From the NCBI RefSeq assembly GCF_018977255.1, contig NW_024704743.1:95296001-95360000 (forward strand): 64,000 bases of DNA, given 5' to 3'. The notes beneath the pieces are model-generated. The model had not been told where the DNA came from. It saw only the letters and a list, made by a program, of their open reading frames with translations, and ran no database searches. Shown here in pieces: positions 11,317 through 22,592 of the stretch. Origin of the DNA: Callorhinchus milii. Taxonomy: Eukaryota. Position numbers and translations under genes: made by a program. Position 1 is the stretch's first letter; each line of letters starts with the position of its first letter.

Positions 11317-11369
11317 TGGAAAATGCGGCCATTGATCCCGCTACCTCTCACATGCAAAGCGTATTCCCC
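11317..11369 (-). pseudogene. tRNA-Ala pseudogene with D arm deleted (monomer C)
   Basis: 53 nt; 20-nt internal deletion. Confidence 0.8.
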
Positions 11370-11694
11370 GTTGAGGAGGATTATTTTCTATAAGCCCTGC
11401 AGAGCAATGATTAAGATGCAATGATTGGATGAGAGAAAGTAAGCCAAATGCTCTGTCTCACCAACATCTCACTCACTTTGAAAGGGAACAAACATTAAGA
11501 ATTCAAAATCTCATGCATATGACAAGAATATTTCCATGCTTCTCAGACATTTACCATTTTCTCCTCAGAATAACAAGGCTTTTTTGCAGGTAAAATTGAA
11601 GCAGCAACCAAAAGAGATTAGTTGTTTCTTCTGAACCCACTGGTGTCTCATCACAGCTATTCCAGGACCAGGAACGTTTATTTGAGATAAGGTG

Positions 11695-11766
11695 GGGCCA
11701 GTGGCGCAATGGACAATGCTTCTAACTAGAAACCAGAAATTATAAGTTTGACTCCTACCTGGCTCG
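11695..11766 (+). pseudogene. tRNA-Arg-derived pseudogene (monomer D)
   Basis: Anticodon arm and T arm disrupted. Confidence 0.8.
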
Positions 11767-11837
11767 GTTTTCTTGATTTCTGTGTTTGGGCAGCAATACA
11801 ATGCTATGCAAAACAAACACCCAATGTAAAGCTCCAT

Positions 11838-11910
11838 TGGAGAATGCGGGCATCGATCCCGCTACCTCTCACATGCAAAGCGAGCGCTCTCCCATTTGAG
11901 CTAATTCCCC
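11838..11910 (-). tRNA. tRNA-Ala-TGC: tRNA-Ala(TGC) on the AGC-type body (monomer D)
   Basis: Full cloverleaf; differs from the array Ala(AGC) only at the anticodon first base and one D-loop base. Confidence 0.75.
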
Positions 11911-12323
11911 TTGATTTGGATAAAATTGCACAATTCCAACAGAGGAACGATTAGAATACCACGAAGGGAAGAGAGAAAGGAAGCCGAATATTGTTTCTCA
12001 CCAACATCTGTTTCACCAACAAGAATTGAGTATTCCATTCCACTGGAATACAATGACACAATCTATTCCTTGAATCAGTCTCTAACCATATTCTGACAAG
12101 ACTTTCTTATTGAGCCCAAATCAAATAACAGCCTAAAGAAAATGGGGATTGTTTGTTTCTTCACAACCCATTGCTGTTCCATCAACGTTATTGAAAGAAA
12201 ATGCAACAAAGAACTTTCATTGCTATTCACATGCCCGCTTATGCTGTGACAACAGGACAGTTGTAAAGAATGGGAAGCTTGATTCATGTAGAAGTACCAG
12301 GACATTTTGATTGAGATCAGATG

Positions 12324-12396
12324 GGGCCAGTGGCGCAATGGACAACGCGTCTGACTACGAATCAGAAGATTGTAGGTTCGACTCCTACCTGGCTCG
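12324..12396 (+). tRNA. tRNA-Arg-ACG: tRNA-Arg(ACG)
   Basis: Identical to 10665-10737. Confidence 0.93.
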
Positions 12397-12467
12397 CTTT
12401 TCTTGCTTTCAGTTTTTGGGCAGCAATACAACGCTATGTAGAAAAAAGAGCAGATTAAAAGCTCCAT

Positions 12468-12540
12468 TGGAGAATGCGGGCATCGATCCCGCTACCTCTC
12501 ACATGCTAAGCGAGCGCTCTACCATTTGAGCTAATTCCCC
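12468..12540 (-). tRNA. tRNA-Ala-AGC: tRNA-Ala(AGC)
   Basis: Identical to 10809-10881. Confidence 0.93.
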
Positions 12541-12868
12541 CTTGACGCGGATTATTTTCTCCAAGACCTGCAGAGCAATGATGAAGATGCAATGATTGGA
12601 CGAGAGAAAGGAAGCCAAATGCTCTGTCTCACTAACATCTCACTCACTTTGAAAGGGAACAAACATTATTAATTCAAAATCTCTTGCATATGACAAGAAT
12701 ATTTCCATGCTTCTCAGTCTCTTACCATATTCTCCTCAGAAAAACGAGGCTTCTTTCCAGGTACAATTGAAGCAGCAGCCAAAACAGATTGCTTGTTTCT
12801 TCTCAACCCACTGGTGTATCATCAAAGCTATTCCAGGACCAGGAACTTTTATTATTTGAGATAAGGTG

Positions 12869-12940
12869 GGGCCTGTGGCGCAATGGACAATGCTTCCAAC
12901 TACAAACCAGAAATTATAAGTTTGACTCCTACCTGGCTCG
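12869..12940 (+). pseudogene. tRNA-Arg-derived pseudogene (monomer A)
   Basis: Copy of 10029-10100. Confidence 0.8.
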
Positions 12941-13011
12941 GTTTTCTTGATTTCAGTTTTTCGGCAGCAATACAATGCTATGTAAAACAAACACCCAATG
13001 TAAAGCTCCGT

Positions 13012-13084
13012 TGGAGAATGCGGGCATCGATCCCGCTACCTCTCACATGCAAAGCGAGCGCTCTCCCATTTGAACTAATTCCCC
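13012..13084 (-). tRNA. tRNA-Ala-TGC: tRNA-Ala(TGC) variant (monomer A, U11.G24)
   Basis: 73 nt; cloverleaf retained with a wobble in the D stem. Confidence 0.6.
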
Positions 13085-13505
13085 TTGATTTGGATAAAAT
13101 TGCACAATTCCAACAGAGGAACGATTAGAATGCAATGAAGGGAAGAGAGAAAGGAAGCCGAATATTGTTTCTCACCAACATCTGTTTCACCAACAAGAAT
13201 TGAGTATTCCATTCCACTGGAATATGACAAAATCTTTTCCTTGAATCTCAGTCTCTAACCATACTCTCACCAGAAAAAAAAGACTTTCTTATTGAGCCCA
13301 AATCAAATAACAGCCTAATGAAAATGGGGATTGTTTGCTTCCTCACAACCCATTGCTGTTCCATCAACGTTATTGAAAGAAAATGCAACAAAGAACTTTC
13401 ATTGCTATTCACATGCCCGCTCATGCTGTGACAACAGGACAGTTGTAAAGAATGGGAAGTTTGATTCATGTAGAGGTACCAGGACATTTTGATTGAGATA
13501 AGGTG

Positions 13506-13578
13506 GGGCCAGTGGCGCAATGGACAACGCGTCTGACTACGAATCAGAAGATTGTAGGTTCGACTCCTACCTGGCTCG
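13506..13578 (+). tRNA. tRNA-Arg-ACG: tRNA-Arg(ACG)
   Basis: Identical to 10665-10737. Confidence 0.93.
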
Positions 13579-13649
13579 CTTTTCTTGCTTTCAGTTATTG
13601 GGCAGCAATGCAATGCTATGTAAAACAAACACCAGATGAAAAGCTCCAT

Positions 13650-13722
13650 TGGAGAATGCGGGCATCGATCCCGCTACCTCTCACATGCTAAGCGAGCGCT
13701 CTACCATTTGAGCTAATTCCCC
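13650..13722 (-). tRNA. tRNA-Ala-AGC: tRNA-Ala(AGC)
   Basis: Identical to 10809-10881. Confidence 0.93.
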
Positions 13723-14157
13723 TTGATTTGTTTGTGTTTCACAAGTTCATTCGAGGAACGAGTAAGATGCAATCATTGGAGGAGAGAAAGGAAGACGAAT
13801 GTTATTTCTCACCAACAACAGTCTCCCACTGAAACTGAACAAGAATTGAATATTCCAAAGCATTTCAATATGACAAGAACTCTTCCGTGAATCTCAGTCT
13901 CTGATTATTTTCTCTCCAGAAAAGCAAGGCTTCTTTCCATGAACAATTGAAACAATAGGCAAAAGAAAATGGAGACTGTTTGTTTCTTTGCAACAAGTTT
14001 GTTCACCATCAAACCTATTGAAACAAAATCCAGCAAAATAATTTGATGGTTCTTCACCTTCCTGCTCATGCTGTGGCACCAAATTAGCTGTGAAGAATAG
14101 GCAGCTTGATTGACGTAGAAGTACCAGGACCTTTCAGTTGAGATGGAAATGCTCCAC

Positions 14158-14210
14158 TGGAAAATGCGGCCATTGATCCCGCTACCTCTCACATGCAAAG
14201 CGTATTCCCC
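14158..14210 (-). pseudogene. tRNA-Ala pseudogene with D arm deleted (monomer C)
   Basis: Copy of 11317-11369. Confidence 0.8.
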
Positions 14211-14535
14211 GTTGAGGAGGATTATTTTCTATAAGCCCTGCAGAGCAATGATTAAGATGCAATGATTGGATGAGAGAAAGTAAGCCAAATGCTCTGTCTC
14301 ACCAACATCTCACTCACTTTGAAAGGGAACAAACATTAAGAATTCAAAATCTCATGCATATGACAAGAATATTTCCATGCTTCTCAGACATTTACCATTT
14401 TCTCCTCAGAATAACAAGGCTTTTTTGCAGGTAAAATTGAAGCAGCAACCAAAAGAGATTAGTTGTTTCTTCTGAACCCACTGGTGTCTCATCACAGCTA
14501 TTCCAGGACCAGGAACGTTTATTTGAGATAAGGTG

Positions 14536-14607
14536 GGGCCAGTGGCGCAATGGACAATGCTTCTAACTAGAAACCAGAAATTATAAGTTTGACTCCTACC
14601 TGGCTCG
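14536..14607 (+). pseudogene. tRNA-Arg-derived pseudogene (monomer D)
   Basis: Copy of 11695-11766. Confidence 0.8.
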
Positions 14608-14678
14608 GTTTTCTTGATTTCTGTGTTTGGGCAGCAATACAATGCTATGCAAAACAAACACCCAATGTAAAGCTCCAT

Positions 14679-14751
14679 TGGAGAATGCGGGCATCGATCC
14701 CGCTACCTCTCACATGCAAAGCGAGCGCTCTCCCATTTGAGCTAATTCCCC
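14679..14751 (-). tRNA. tRNA-Ala-TGC: tRNA-Ala(TGC) (monomer D)
   Basis: Identical to 11838-11910. Confidence 0.75.
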
Positions 14752-15164
14752 TTGATTTGGATAAAATTGCACAATTCCAACAGAGGAACGATTAGAATAC
14801 CACGAAGGGAAGAGAGAAAGGAAGCCGAATATTGTTTCTCACCAACATCTGTTTCACCAACAAGAATTGAGTATTCCATTCCACTGGAATACAATGACAC
14901 AATCTATTCCTTGAATCAGTCTCTAACCATACTCTGACAAGACTTTCTTATTGAGCCCAAATCAAATAACAGCCTAAAGAAAATGGGGATTGTTTGTTTC
15001 TTCACAACCCATTGCTGTTCCATCAACGTTATTGAAAGAAAATGCAACAAAGAACTTTCATTGCTATTCACATGCCCGCTTATGCTGTGACAACAGGACA
15101 GTTGTAAAGAATGGGAAGCTTGATTCATGTAGAAGTACCAGGACATTTTGATTGAGATCAGATG

Positions 15165-15237
15165 GGGCCAGTGGCGCAATGGACAACGCGTCTGACTACG
15201 AATCAGAAGATTGTAGGTTCGACTCCTACCTGGCTCG
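15165..15237 (+). tRNA. tRNA-Arg-ACG: tRNA-Arg(ACG)
   Basis: Identical to 10665-10737. Confidence 0.93.
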
Positions 15238-15308
15238 CTTTTCTTGCTTTCAGTTTTTGGGCAGCAATACAACGCTATGTAGAAATAAGAGCAGATTAAA
15301 AGCTCCAT

Positions 15309-15381
15309 TGGAGAATGCGGGCATCGATCCCGCTACCTCTCACATGCTAAGCGAGCGCTCTACCATTTGAGCTAATTCCCC
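15309..15381 (-). tRNA. tRNA-Ala-AGC: tRNA-Ala(AGC)
   Basis: Identical to 10809-10881. Confidence 0.93.
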
Positions 15382-15709
15382 CTTGATGCGGATTATTTTC
15401 TCCAAGACCTGCAGAGCAATGATTAAGATGCAATGATTGGATGAGAGAAAGGAAGCCAAATGCTCTGTCTCACCAACATCTCACTCACTTTGAAAGGGAA
15501 CAAACATTAATAATTCAAAATCTCATGCATATGACAAGAATATTTCCATGCTTCTCAGTCTCTTACCATATTCTCCTCAGAAAAACGAGGCTTCTTTCCA
15601 GGTACAATTGAAGCAGCAGCCAAAACAGATTGCTTGTTTCTTCTCAACCCACTGGTGTATCATCAAAGCTATTCCAGGACCAGGAACTTTTATTATTTGA
15701 GATAAGGTG

Positions 15710-15781
15710 GGGCCTGTGGCGCAATGGACAATGCTTCCGACTACAAACCAGAAATTATAAGTTTGAGGCCTACCTGGCTCA
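15710..15781 (+). pseudogene. tRNA-Arg-derived pseudogene (A/B hybrid monomer)
   Basis: Variant of 10029-10100. Confidence 0.8.
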
Positions 15782-15852
15782 GTTTTCTTCTTTTCAGTTT
15801 TTCAGCAGCAATACAATGCTATGTAAAACAAACACCAGATGAAAAGCTCCAT

Positions 15853-15925
15853 TGGAGAATGCGGGCATCGATCCCGCTACCTCTCACATGCTAAGCGAGC
15901 GCTCTACCATTTGAGCTAATTCCCC
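15853..15925 (-). tRNA. tRNA-Ala-AGC: tRNA-Ala(AGC)
   Basis: Identical to 10809-10881. Confidence 0.93.
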
Positions 15926-16360
15926 TTGATTTGTTTGTGTTTCACAAGTTCATTCGAGGAACGATTAAGATGCAATCATTGGAGGAGAGAAAGGAAGACG
16001 AATGTTATTTCTCACCAACAACAGTCTCCCACTGAAACTGAACAAGAATTGAATATTCCAAAGCATTTGAATATGACAAGAACTCTTCCGTGAATCTCAG
16101 TCTCTGATTATTTTCTCTCCAGAAAAGCAAGGCTTCTTTCCATGAACAATTGAAACAATAGGCAAAAGAAAATGGAGACTGTTTGTTTCTTTGCAACAAG
16201 TTTGTTCACCATCAAACCTATTGAAACAAAACCCAGCAAAATAATTTGATGGTTCTTCACCTTCCTGCTCATGCTGTGGCACCAAATTAGCTGTGAAGAA
16301 TAGGCAGCTTGATTGACGTAGAAGTACCAGGACCTTTCAGTTGAGATGGAAATGCTCCAC

Positions 16361-16413
16361 TGGAAAATGCGGCCATTGATCCCGCTACCTCTCACATGCA
16401 AAGCGTATTCCCC
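16361..16413 (-). pseudogene. tRNA-Ala pseudogene with D arm deleted (monomer C)
   Basis: Copy of 11317-11369. Confidence 0.8.
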
Positions 16414-16738
16414 GTTGAGGAGGATTATTTTCTATAAGCCCTGCAGAGCAATGATTAAGATGCAATGATTGGATGAGAGAAAGTAAGCCAAATGCTCTGT
16501 CTCACCAACATCTCACTCACTTTGAAAGGGAACAAACATTAAGAATTCAAAATCTCATGCATATGACAAGAATATTTCCATGCTTCTCAGACATTTACCA
16601 TTTTCTCCTCAGAATAACAAGGCTTTTTTGCAGGTAAAATTGAAGCAGCAACCAAAAGAGATTAGTTGTTTCTTCTGAACCCACTGGTGTCTCATCACAG
16701 CTATTCCAGGACCAGGAACGTTTATTTGAGATAAGGTG

Positions 16739-16810
16739 GGGCCAGTGGCGCAATGGACAATGCTTCTAACTAGAAACCAGAAATTATAAGTTTGACTCCT
16801 ACCTGGCTCG
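16739..16810 (+). pseudogene. tRNA-Arg-derived pseudogene (monomer D)
   Basis: Copy of 11695-11766. Confidence 0.8.
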
Positions 16811-16881
16811 GTTTTCTTGATTTCTGTGTTTGGGCAGCAATACAATGCTATGCAAAACAAACACCCAATGTAAAGCTCCAT

Positions 16882-16954
16882 TGGAGAATGCGGGCATCGA
16901 TCCCGCTACCTCTCACATGCAAAGCGAGCGCTCTCCCATTTGAGCTAATTCCCC
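16882..16954 (-). tRNA. tRNA-Ala-TGC: tRNA-Ala(TGC) (monomer D)
   Basis: Identical to 11838-11910. Confidence 0.75.
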
Positions 16955-17367
16955 TTGATTTGGATAAAATTGCACAATTCCAACAGAGGAACGATTAGAA
17001 TACCACGAAGGGAAGAGAGAAAGGAAGCCGAATATTGTTTCTCACCAACATCTGTTTCACCAACAAGAATTGAGTATTCCATTCCACTGGAATACAATGA
17101 CACAATCTATTCCTTGAATCAGTCTCTAACCATATTCTGACAAGACTTTCTTATTGAGCCCAAATCAAATAACAGCCTAAAGAAAATGGGGATTGTTTGT
17201 TTCTTCACAACCCATTGCTGTTCCATCAACGTTATTGAAAGAAAATGCAACAAAGAACTTTCATTGCTATTCACATGCCCGCTTATGCTGTGACAACAGG
17301 ACAGTTGTAAAGAATGGGAAGCTTGATTCATGTAGAAGTACCAGGACATTTTGATTGAGATCAGATG

Positions 17368-17440
17368 GGGCCAGTGGCGCAATGGACAACGCGTCTGACT
17401 ACGAATCAGAAGATTGTAGGTTCGACTCCTACCTGGCTCG
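17368..17440 (+). tRNA. tRNA-Arg-ACG: tRNA-Arg(ACG)
   Basis: Identical to 10665-10737. Confidence 0.93.
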
Positions 17441-17511
17441 CTTTTCTTGCTTTCAGTTTTTGGGCAGCAATACAACGCTATGTAGAAAAAAGAGCAGATT
17501 AAAAGCTCCAT

Positions 17512-17584
17512 TGGAGAATGCGGGCATCGATCCCGCTACCTCTCACATGCTAAGCGAGCGCTCTACCATTTGAGCTAATTCCCC
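17512..17584 (-). tRNA. tRNA-Ala-AGC: tRNA-Ala(AGC)
   Basis: Identical to 10809-10881. Confidence 0.93.
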
Positions 17585-17912
17585 CTTGACGCGGATTATT
17601 TTCTCCAAGACCTGCAGAGCAATGATGAAGATGCAATGATTGGACGAGAGAAAGGAAGCCAAATGCTCTGTCTCACTAACATCTCACTCACTTTGAAAGG
17701 GAACAAACATTATTAATTCAAAATCTCTTGCATATGACAAGAATATTTCCATGCTTCTCAGTCTCTTACCATATTCTCCTCAGAAAAACGAGGCTTCTTT
17801 CCAGGTACAATTGAAGCAGCAGCCAAAACAGATTGCTTGTTTCTTCTCAACCCACTGGTGTATCATCAAAGCTATTCCAGGACCAGGAACTTTTATTATT
17901 TGAGATAAGGTG

Positions 17913-17984
17913 GGGCCTGTGGCGCAATGGACAATGCTTCCAACTACAAACCAGAAATTATAAGTTTGACTCCTACCTGGCTCG
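17913..17984 (+). pseudogene. tRNA-Arg-derived pseudogene (monomer A)
   Basis: Copy of 10029-10100. Confidence 0.8.
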
Positions 17985-18055
17985 GTTTTCTTGATTTCAG
18001 TTTTTCGGCAGCAATACAATGCTATGTAAAACAAACACCCAATGTAAAGCTCCGT

Positions 18056-18128
18056 TGGAGAATGCGGGCATCGATCCCGCTACCTCTCACATGCAAAGCG
18101 AGCGCTCTCCCATTTGAACTAATTCCCC
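18056..18128 (-). tRNA. tRNA-Ala-TGC: tRNA-Ala(TGC) variant (monomer A)
   Basis: Identical to 13012-13084. Confidence 0.6.
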
Positions 18129-18549
18129 TTGATTTGGATAAAATTGCACAATTCCAACAGAGGAACGATTAGAATGCAATGAAGGGAAGAGAGAAAGGAA
18201 GCCGAATATTGTTTCTCACCAACATCTGTTTCACCAACAAGAATTGAGTATTCCATTCCACTGGAATATGACAAAATCTTTTCCTTGAATCTCAGTCTCT
18301 AACCATACTCTCACCAGAAAAAAAAGACTTTCTTATTGAGCCCAAATCAAATAACAGCCTAATGAAAATGGGGATTGTTTGCTTCCTCACAACCCATTGC
18401 TGTTCCATCAACGTTATTGAAAGAAAATGCAACAAAGAACTTTCATTGCTATTCACATGCCCGCTCATGCTGTGACAACAGGACAGTTGTAAAGAATGGG
18501 AAGTTTGATTCATGTAGAGGTACCAGGACATTTTGATTGAGATAAGGTG

Positions 18550-18622
18550 GGGCCAGTGGCGCAATGGACAACGCGTCTGACTACGAATCAGAAGATTGTA
18601 GGTTCGACTCCTACCTGGCTCG
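18550..18622 (+). tRNA. tRNA-Arg-ACG: tRNA-Arg(ACG)
   Basis: Identical to 10665-10737. Confidence 0.93.
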
Positions 18623-18693
18623 CTTTTCTTGCTTTCAGTTATTGGGCAGCAATGCAATGCTATGTAAAACAAACACCAGATGAAAAGCTCCAT

Positions 18694-18766
18694 TGGAGAA
18701 TGCGGGCATCGATCCCGCTACCTCTCACATGCTAAGCGAGCGCTCTACCATTTGAGCTAATTCCCC
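18694..18766 (-). tRNA. tRNA-Ala-AGC: tRNA-Ala(AGC)
   Basis: Identical to 10809-10881. Confidence 0.93.
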
Positions 18767-19201
18767 TTGATTTGTTTGTGTTTCACAAGTTCATTCGAGG
18801 AACGAGTAAGATGCAATCATTGGAGGAGAGAAAGGAAGACGAATGTTATTTCTCACCAACAACAGTCTCCCACTGAAACTGAACAAGAATTGAATATTCC
18901 AAAGCATTTGAATATGACAAGAACTCTTCCGTGAATCTCAGTCTCTGATTATTTTCTCTCCAGAAAAGCAAGGCTTCTTTCCATGAACAATTGAAACAAT
19001 AGGCAAAAGAAAATGGAGACTGTTTGTTTCTTTGCAACAAGTTTGTTCACCATCAAACCTATTGAAACAAAATCCAGCAAAATAATTTGATGGTTCTTCA
19101 CCTTCCTGCTCATGCTGTGGCACCAAATTAGCTGTGAAGAATAGGCAGCTTGATTGACGTAGAAGTACCAGGACCTTTCAGTTGAGATGGAAATGCTCCA
19201 C

Positions 19202-19254
19202 TGGAAAATGCGGCCATTGATCCCGCTACCTCTCACATGCAAAGCGTATTCCCC
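19202..19254 (-). pseudogene. tRNA-Ala pseudogene with D arm deleted (monomer C)
   Basis: Copy of 11317-11369. Confidence 0.8.
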
Positions 19255-19579
19255 GTTGAGGAGGATTATTTTCTATAAGCCCTGCAGAGCAATGATTAAG
19301 ATGCAATGATTGGATGAGAGAAAGTAAGCCAAATGCTCTGTCTCACCAACATCTCACTCACTTTGAAAGGGAACAAACATTAAGAATTCAAAATCTCATG
19401 CATATGACAAGAATATTTCCATGCTTCTCAGACATTTACCATTTTCTCCTCAGAATAACAAGGCTTTTTTGCAGGTAAAATTGAAGCAGCAACCAAAAGA
19501 GATTAGTTGTTTCTTCTGAACCCACTGGTGTCTCATCACAGCTATTCCAGGACCAGGAACGTTTATTTGAGATAAGGTG

Positions 19580-19651
19580 GGGCCAGTGGCGCAATGGACA
19601 ATGCTTCTAACTAGAAACCAGAAATTATAAGTTTGACTCCTACCTGGCTCG
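19580..19651 (+). pseudogene. tRNA-Arg-derived pseudogene (monomer D)
   Basis: Copy of 11695-11766. Confidence 0.8.
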
Positions 19652-19722
19652 GTTTTCTTGATTTCTGTGTTTGGGCAGCAATACAATGCTATGCAAAACA
19701 AACACCCAATGTAAAGCTCCAT

Positions 19723-19795
19723 TGGAGAATGCGGGCATCGATCCCGCTACCTCTCACATGCAAAGCGAGCGCTCTCCCATTTGAGCTAATTCCCC
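19723..19795 (-). tRNA. tRNA-Ala-TGC: tRNA-Ala(TGC) (monomer D)
   Basis: Identical to 11838-11910. Confidence 0.75.
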
Positions 19796-20208
19796 TTGAT
19801 TTGGATAAAATTGCACAATTCCAACAGAGGAACGATTAGAATACCACGAAGGGAAGAGAGAAAGGAAGCCGAATATTGTTTCTCACCAACATCTGTTTCA
19901 CCAACAAGAATTGAGTATTCCATTCCACTGGAATACAATGACACAATCTATTCCTTGAATCAGTCTCTAACCATATTCTGACAAGACTTTCTTATTGAGC
20001 CCAAATCAAATAACAGCCTAAAGAAAATGGGGATTGTTTGTTTCTTCACAACCCATTGCTGTTCCATCAACGTTATTGAAAGAAAATGCAACAAAGAACT
20101 TTCATTGCTATTCACATGCCCGCTCATGCTGTGACAACAGGACAGTTGTAAAGAATGGGAAGTTTGATTCATGTAGAGGTACCAGGACATTTTGATTGAG
20201 ATAAGGTG

Positions 20209-20281
20209 GGGCCAGTGGCGCAATGGACAACGCGTCTGACTACGAATCAGAAGATTGTAGGTTCGACTCCTACCTGGCTCG
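20209..20281 (+). tRNA. tRNA-Arg-ACG: tRNA-Arg(ACG)
   Basis: Identical to 10665-10737. Confidence 0.93.
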
Positions 20282-20352
20282 CTTTTCTTGCTTTCAGTTA
20301 TTGGGCAGCAATGCAATGCTATGTAAAACAAACACCAGATGAAAAGCTCCAT

Positions 20353-20425
20353 TGGAGAATGCGGGCATCGATCCCGCTACCTCTCACATGCTAAGCGAGC
20401 GCTCTACCATTTGAGCTAATTCCCC
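20353..20425 (-). tRNA. tRNA-Ala-AGC: tRNA-Ala(AGC)
   Basis: Identical to 10809-10881. Confidence 0.93.
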
Positions 20426-20860
20426 TTGATTTGTTTGTGTTTCACAAGTTCATTCGAGGAACGAGTAAGATGCAATCATTGGAGGAGAGAAAGGAAGACG
20501 AATGTTATTTCTCACCAACAACAGTCTCCCACTGAAACTGAACAAGAATTGAATATTCCAAAGCATTTGAATATGACAAGAACTCTTCCGTGAATCTCAG
20601 TCTCTGATTATTTTCTCTCCAGAAAAGCAAGGCTTCTTTCCATGAACAATTGAAACAATAGGCAAAAGAAAATGGAGACTGTTTGTTTCTTTGCAACGCG
20701 TTCGTTCACCATCAAACCTATTGAAACAAAACCCAGCAAAATACTTCGACGGTTCTTCAACTTCCTGCTCATGCTGTGGCACCAAATTAGCTGTGAAGAA
20801 TAGGCAGCTTGATTGACGTAGAAGTACCAGGACCTTTCAGTTGAGATGGAAATGCTCCAC

Positions 20861-20913
20861 TGGAAAATGCGGCCATTGATCCCGCTACCTCTCACATGCA
20901 AAGCGTATTCCCC
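20861..20913 (-). pseudogene. tRNA-Ala pseudogene with D arm deleted (monomer C)
   Basis: Copy of 11317-11369. Confidence 0.8.
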
Positions 20914-21238
20914 GTTGAGGAGGATTATTTTCTATAAGCCCTGCAGAGCAATGATTAAGATGCAATGATTGGATGAGAGAAAGTAAGCCAAATGCTCTGT
21001 CTCACCAACATCTCACTCACTTTGAAAGGGAACAAACATTAAGAATTCAAAATCTCATGCATATGACAAGAATATTTCCATGCTTCTCAGACATTTACCA
21101 TTTTCTCCTCAGAATAACAAGGCTTTTTTGCAGGTAAAATTGAAGCAGCAGCCAAAAGAGATTAGTTGTTTCTTCTGAACCCACTGGTGTCTCATCACAG
21201 CTATTCCAGGACCAGGAACGTTTATTTGAGATAAGGTG

Positions 21239-21310
21239 GGGCCAGTGGCGCAATGGACAATGCTTCTAACTAGAAACCAGAAATTATAAGTTTGACACCT
21301 ACCTGGCTCG
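21239..21310 (+). pseudogene. tRNA-Arg-derived pseudogene (monomer D)
   Basis: Variant of 11695-11766. Confidence 0.8.
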
Positions 21311-21381
21311 GTTTTCTTGATTTCTGTGTTTCGGCAGCAATACAATGCTATGCAAAACAAACACCCAATGTAAAGCTCCAT

Positions 21382-21454
21382 TGGAGAATGCGGGCATCGA
21401 TCCCGCTACCTCTCACATGCAAAGCGAGCGCTCTCCCATTTGAGCTAATTCCCC
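21382..21454 (-). tRNA. tRNA-Ala-TGC: tRNA-Ala(TGC) (monomer D)
   Basis: Identical to 11838-11910. Confidence 0.75.
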
Positions 21455-21867
21455 TTGATTTGGATAAAATTGCACAATTCCAACAGAGGAACGATTAGAA
21501 TACCACGAAGGGAAGAGAGAAAGGAAGCCGAATATTGTTTCTCACCAACATCTGTTTCACCAACAAGAATTGAGTATTCCATTCCACTGGAATACAATGA
21601 CACAATCTATTCCTTGAATCAGTCTCTAACCATATTCTGACAAGACTTTCTTATTGAGCCCAAATCAAATAACAGCCTAAAGAAAATGGGGATTGTTTGT
21701 TTCTTCACAACCCATTGCTGTTCCATCAACGTTATTGAAAGAAAATGCAACAAAGAACTTTCATTGCTATTCACATGCCCGCTTATGCTGTGACAACAGG
21801 ACAGTTGTAAAGAATGGGAAGCTTGATTCATGTAGAAGTACCAGGACATTTTGATTGAGATCAGATG

Positions 21868-21940
21868 GGGCCAGTGGCGCAATGGACAACGCGTCTGACT
21901 ACGAATCAGAAGATTGTAGGTTCGACTCCTACCTGGCTCG
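21868..21940 (+). tRNA. tRNA-Arg-ACG: tRNA-Arg(ACG)
   Basis: Identical to 10665-10737. Confidence 0.93.
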
Positions 21941-22011
21941 CTTTTCTTGCTTTCAGTTTTTGGGCAGCAATACAACGCTATGTAGAAAAAACAGCAGATT
22001 AAAAGCTCCAT

Positions 22012-22084
22012 TGGAGAATGCGGGCATCGATCCCGCTACCTCTCACATGCTAAGCGAGCGCTCTACCATTTGAGCTAATTCCCC
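22012..22084 (-). tRNA. tRNA-Ala-AGC: tRNA-Ala(AGC)
   Basis: Identical to 10809-10881. Confidence 0.93.
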
Positions 22085-22519
22085 TTGATTTGTTTGTGTT
22101 TCACAAGTTCATTCGAGGAACGATTAAGATGCAATCATTGGAGGAGAGAAAGGAAGACGAATGTTATTTCTCACCAACAACAGTCTCCCACTGAAACTGA
22201 ACAAGAATTGAATATTCCAAAGCATTTGAATATGACAAGAACTCTTCCGTGAATCTCAGTCTCTGATTATTTTCTCTCCAGAAAAGCAAGGCTTCTTTCC
22301 ATGAACAATTGAAACAATAGGCAAAAGAGAATGGAGATTGTTTGTTTCTTTGCAACGTGTTGGTTCACCATCAAACCTATAGAAACAAAACCCAGCAAAA
22401 TACTTCGATGGTTCTTCACCTTTTTGCTCATGCTGTGGCACCAAAATAGCTGTGAAGAATAGGCAGTTTGATTGACGTAGCAGTACCAGGACCTTTCAGT
22501 TGAGATGGAAAAGCTCCAC

Positions 22520-22592
22520 TGGAAAATGCGGCCATTGATCCCGCTACCTCTCACATGCTAAGCGAGCGCTCTACCATTTGAGCTAATTCCCC
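22520..22592 (-). pseudogene. tRNA-Ala(AGC) chimera with a C-type defective 3' half
   Basis: Intact 5' half; T arm and acceptor read ATCAATGGCCGCATTTTCCA as in monomer C. Confidence 0.7.

Noticed and set aside
10029..11766. Arg-derived copies with ACA/AGA anticodons as novel recoding (Cys/Ser-reading) tRNAs
   Set aside because: Anticodon stems do not pair and the B box (GTTCGA to GTTTGA) and T stem are broken, so they are pseudogenes
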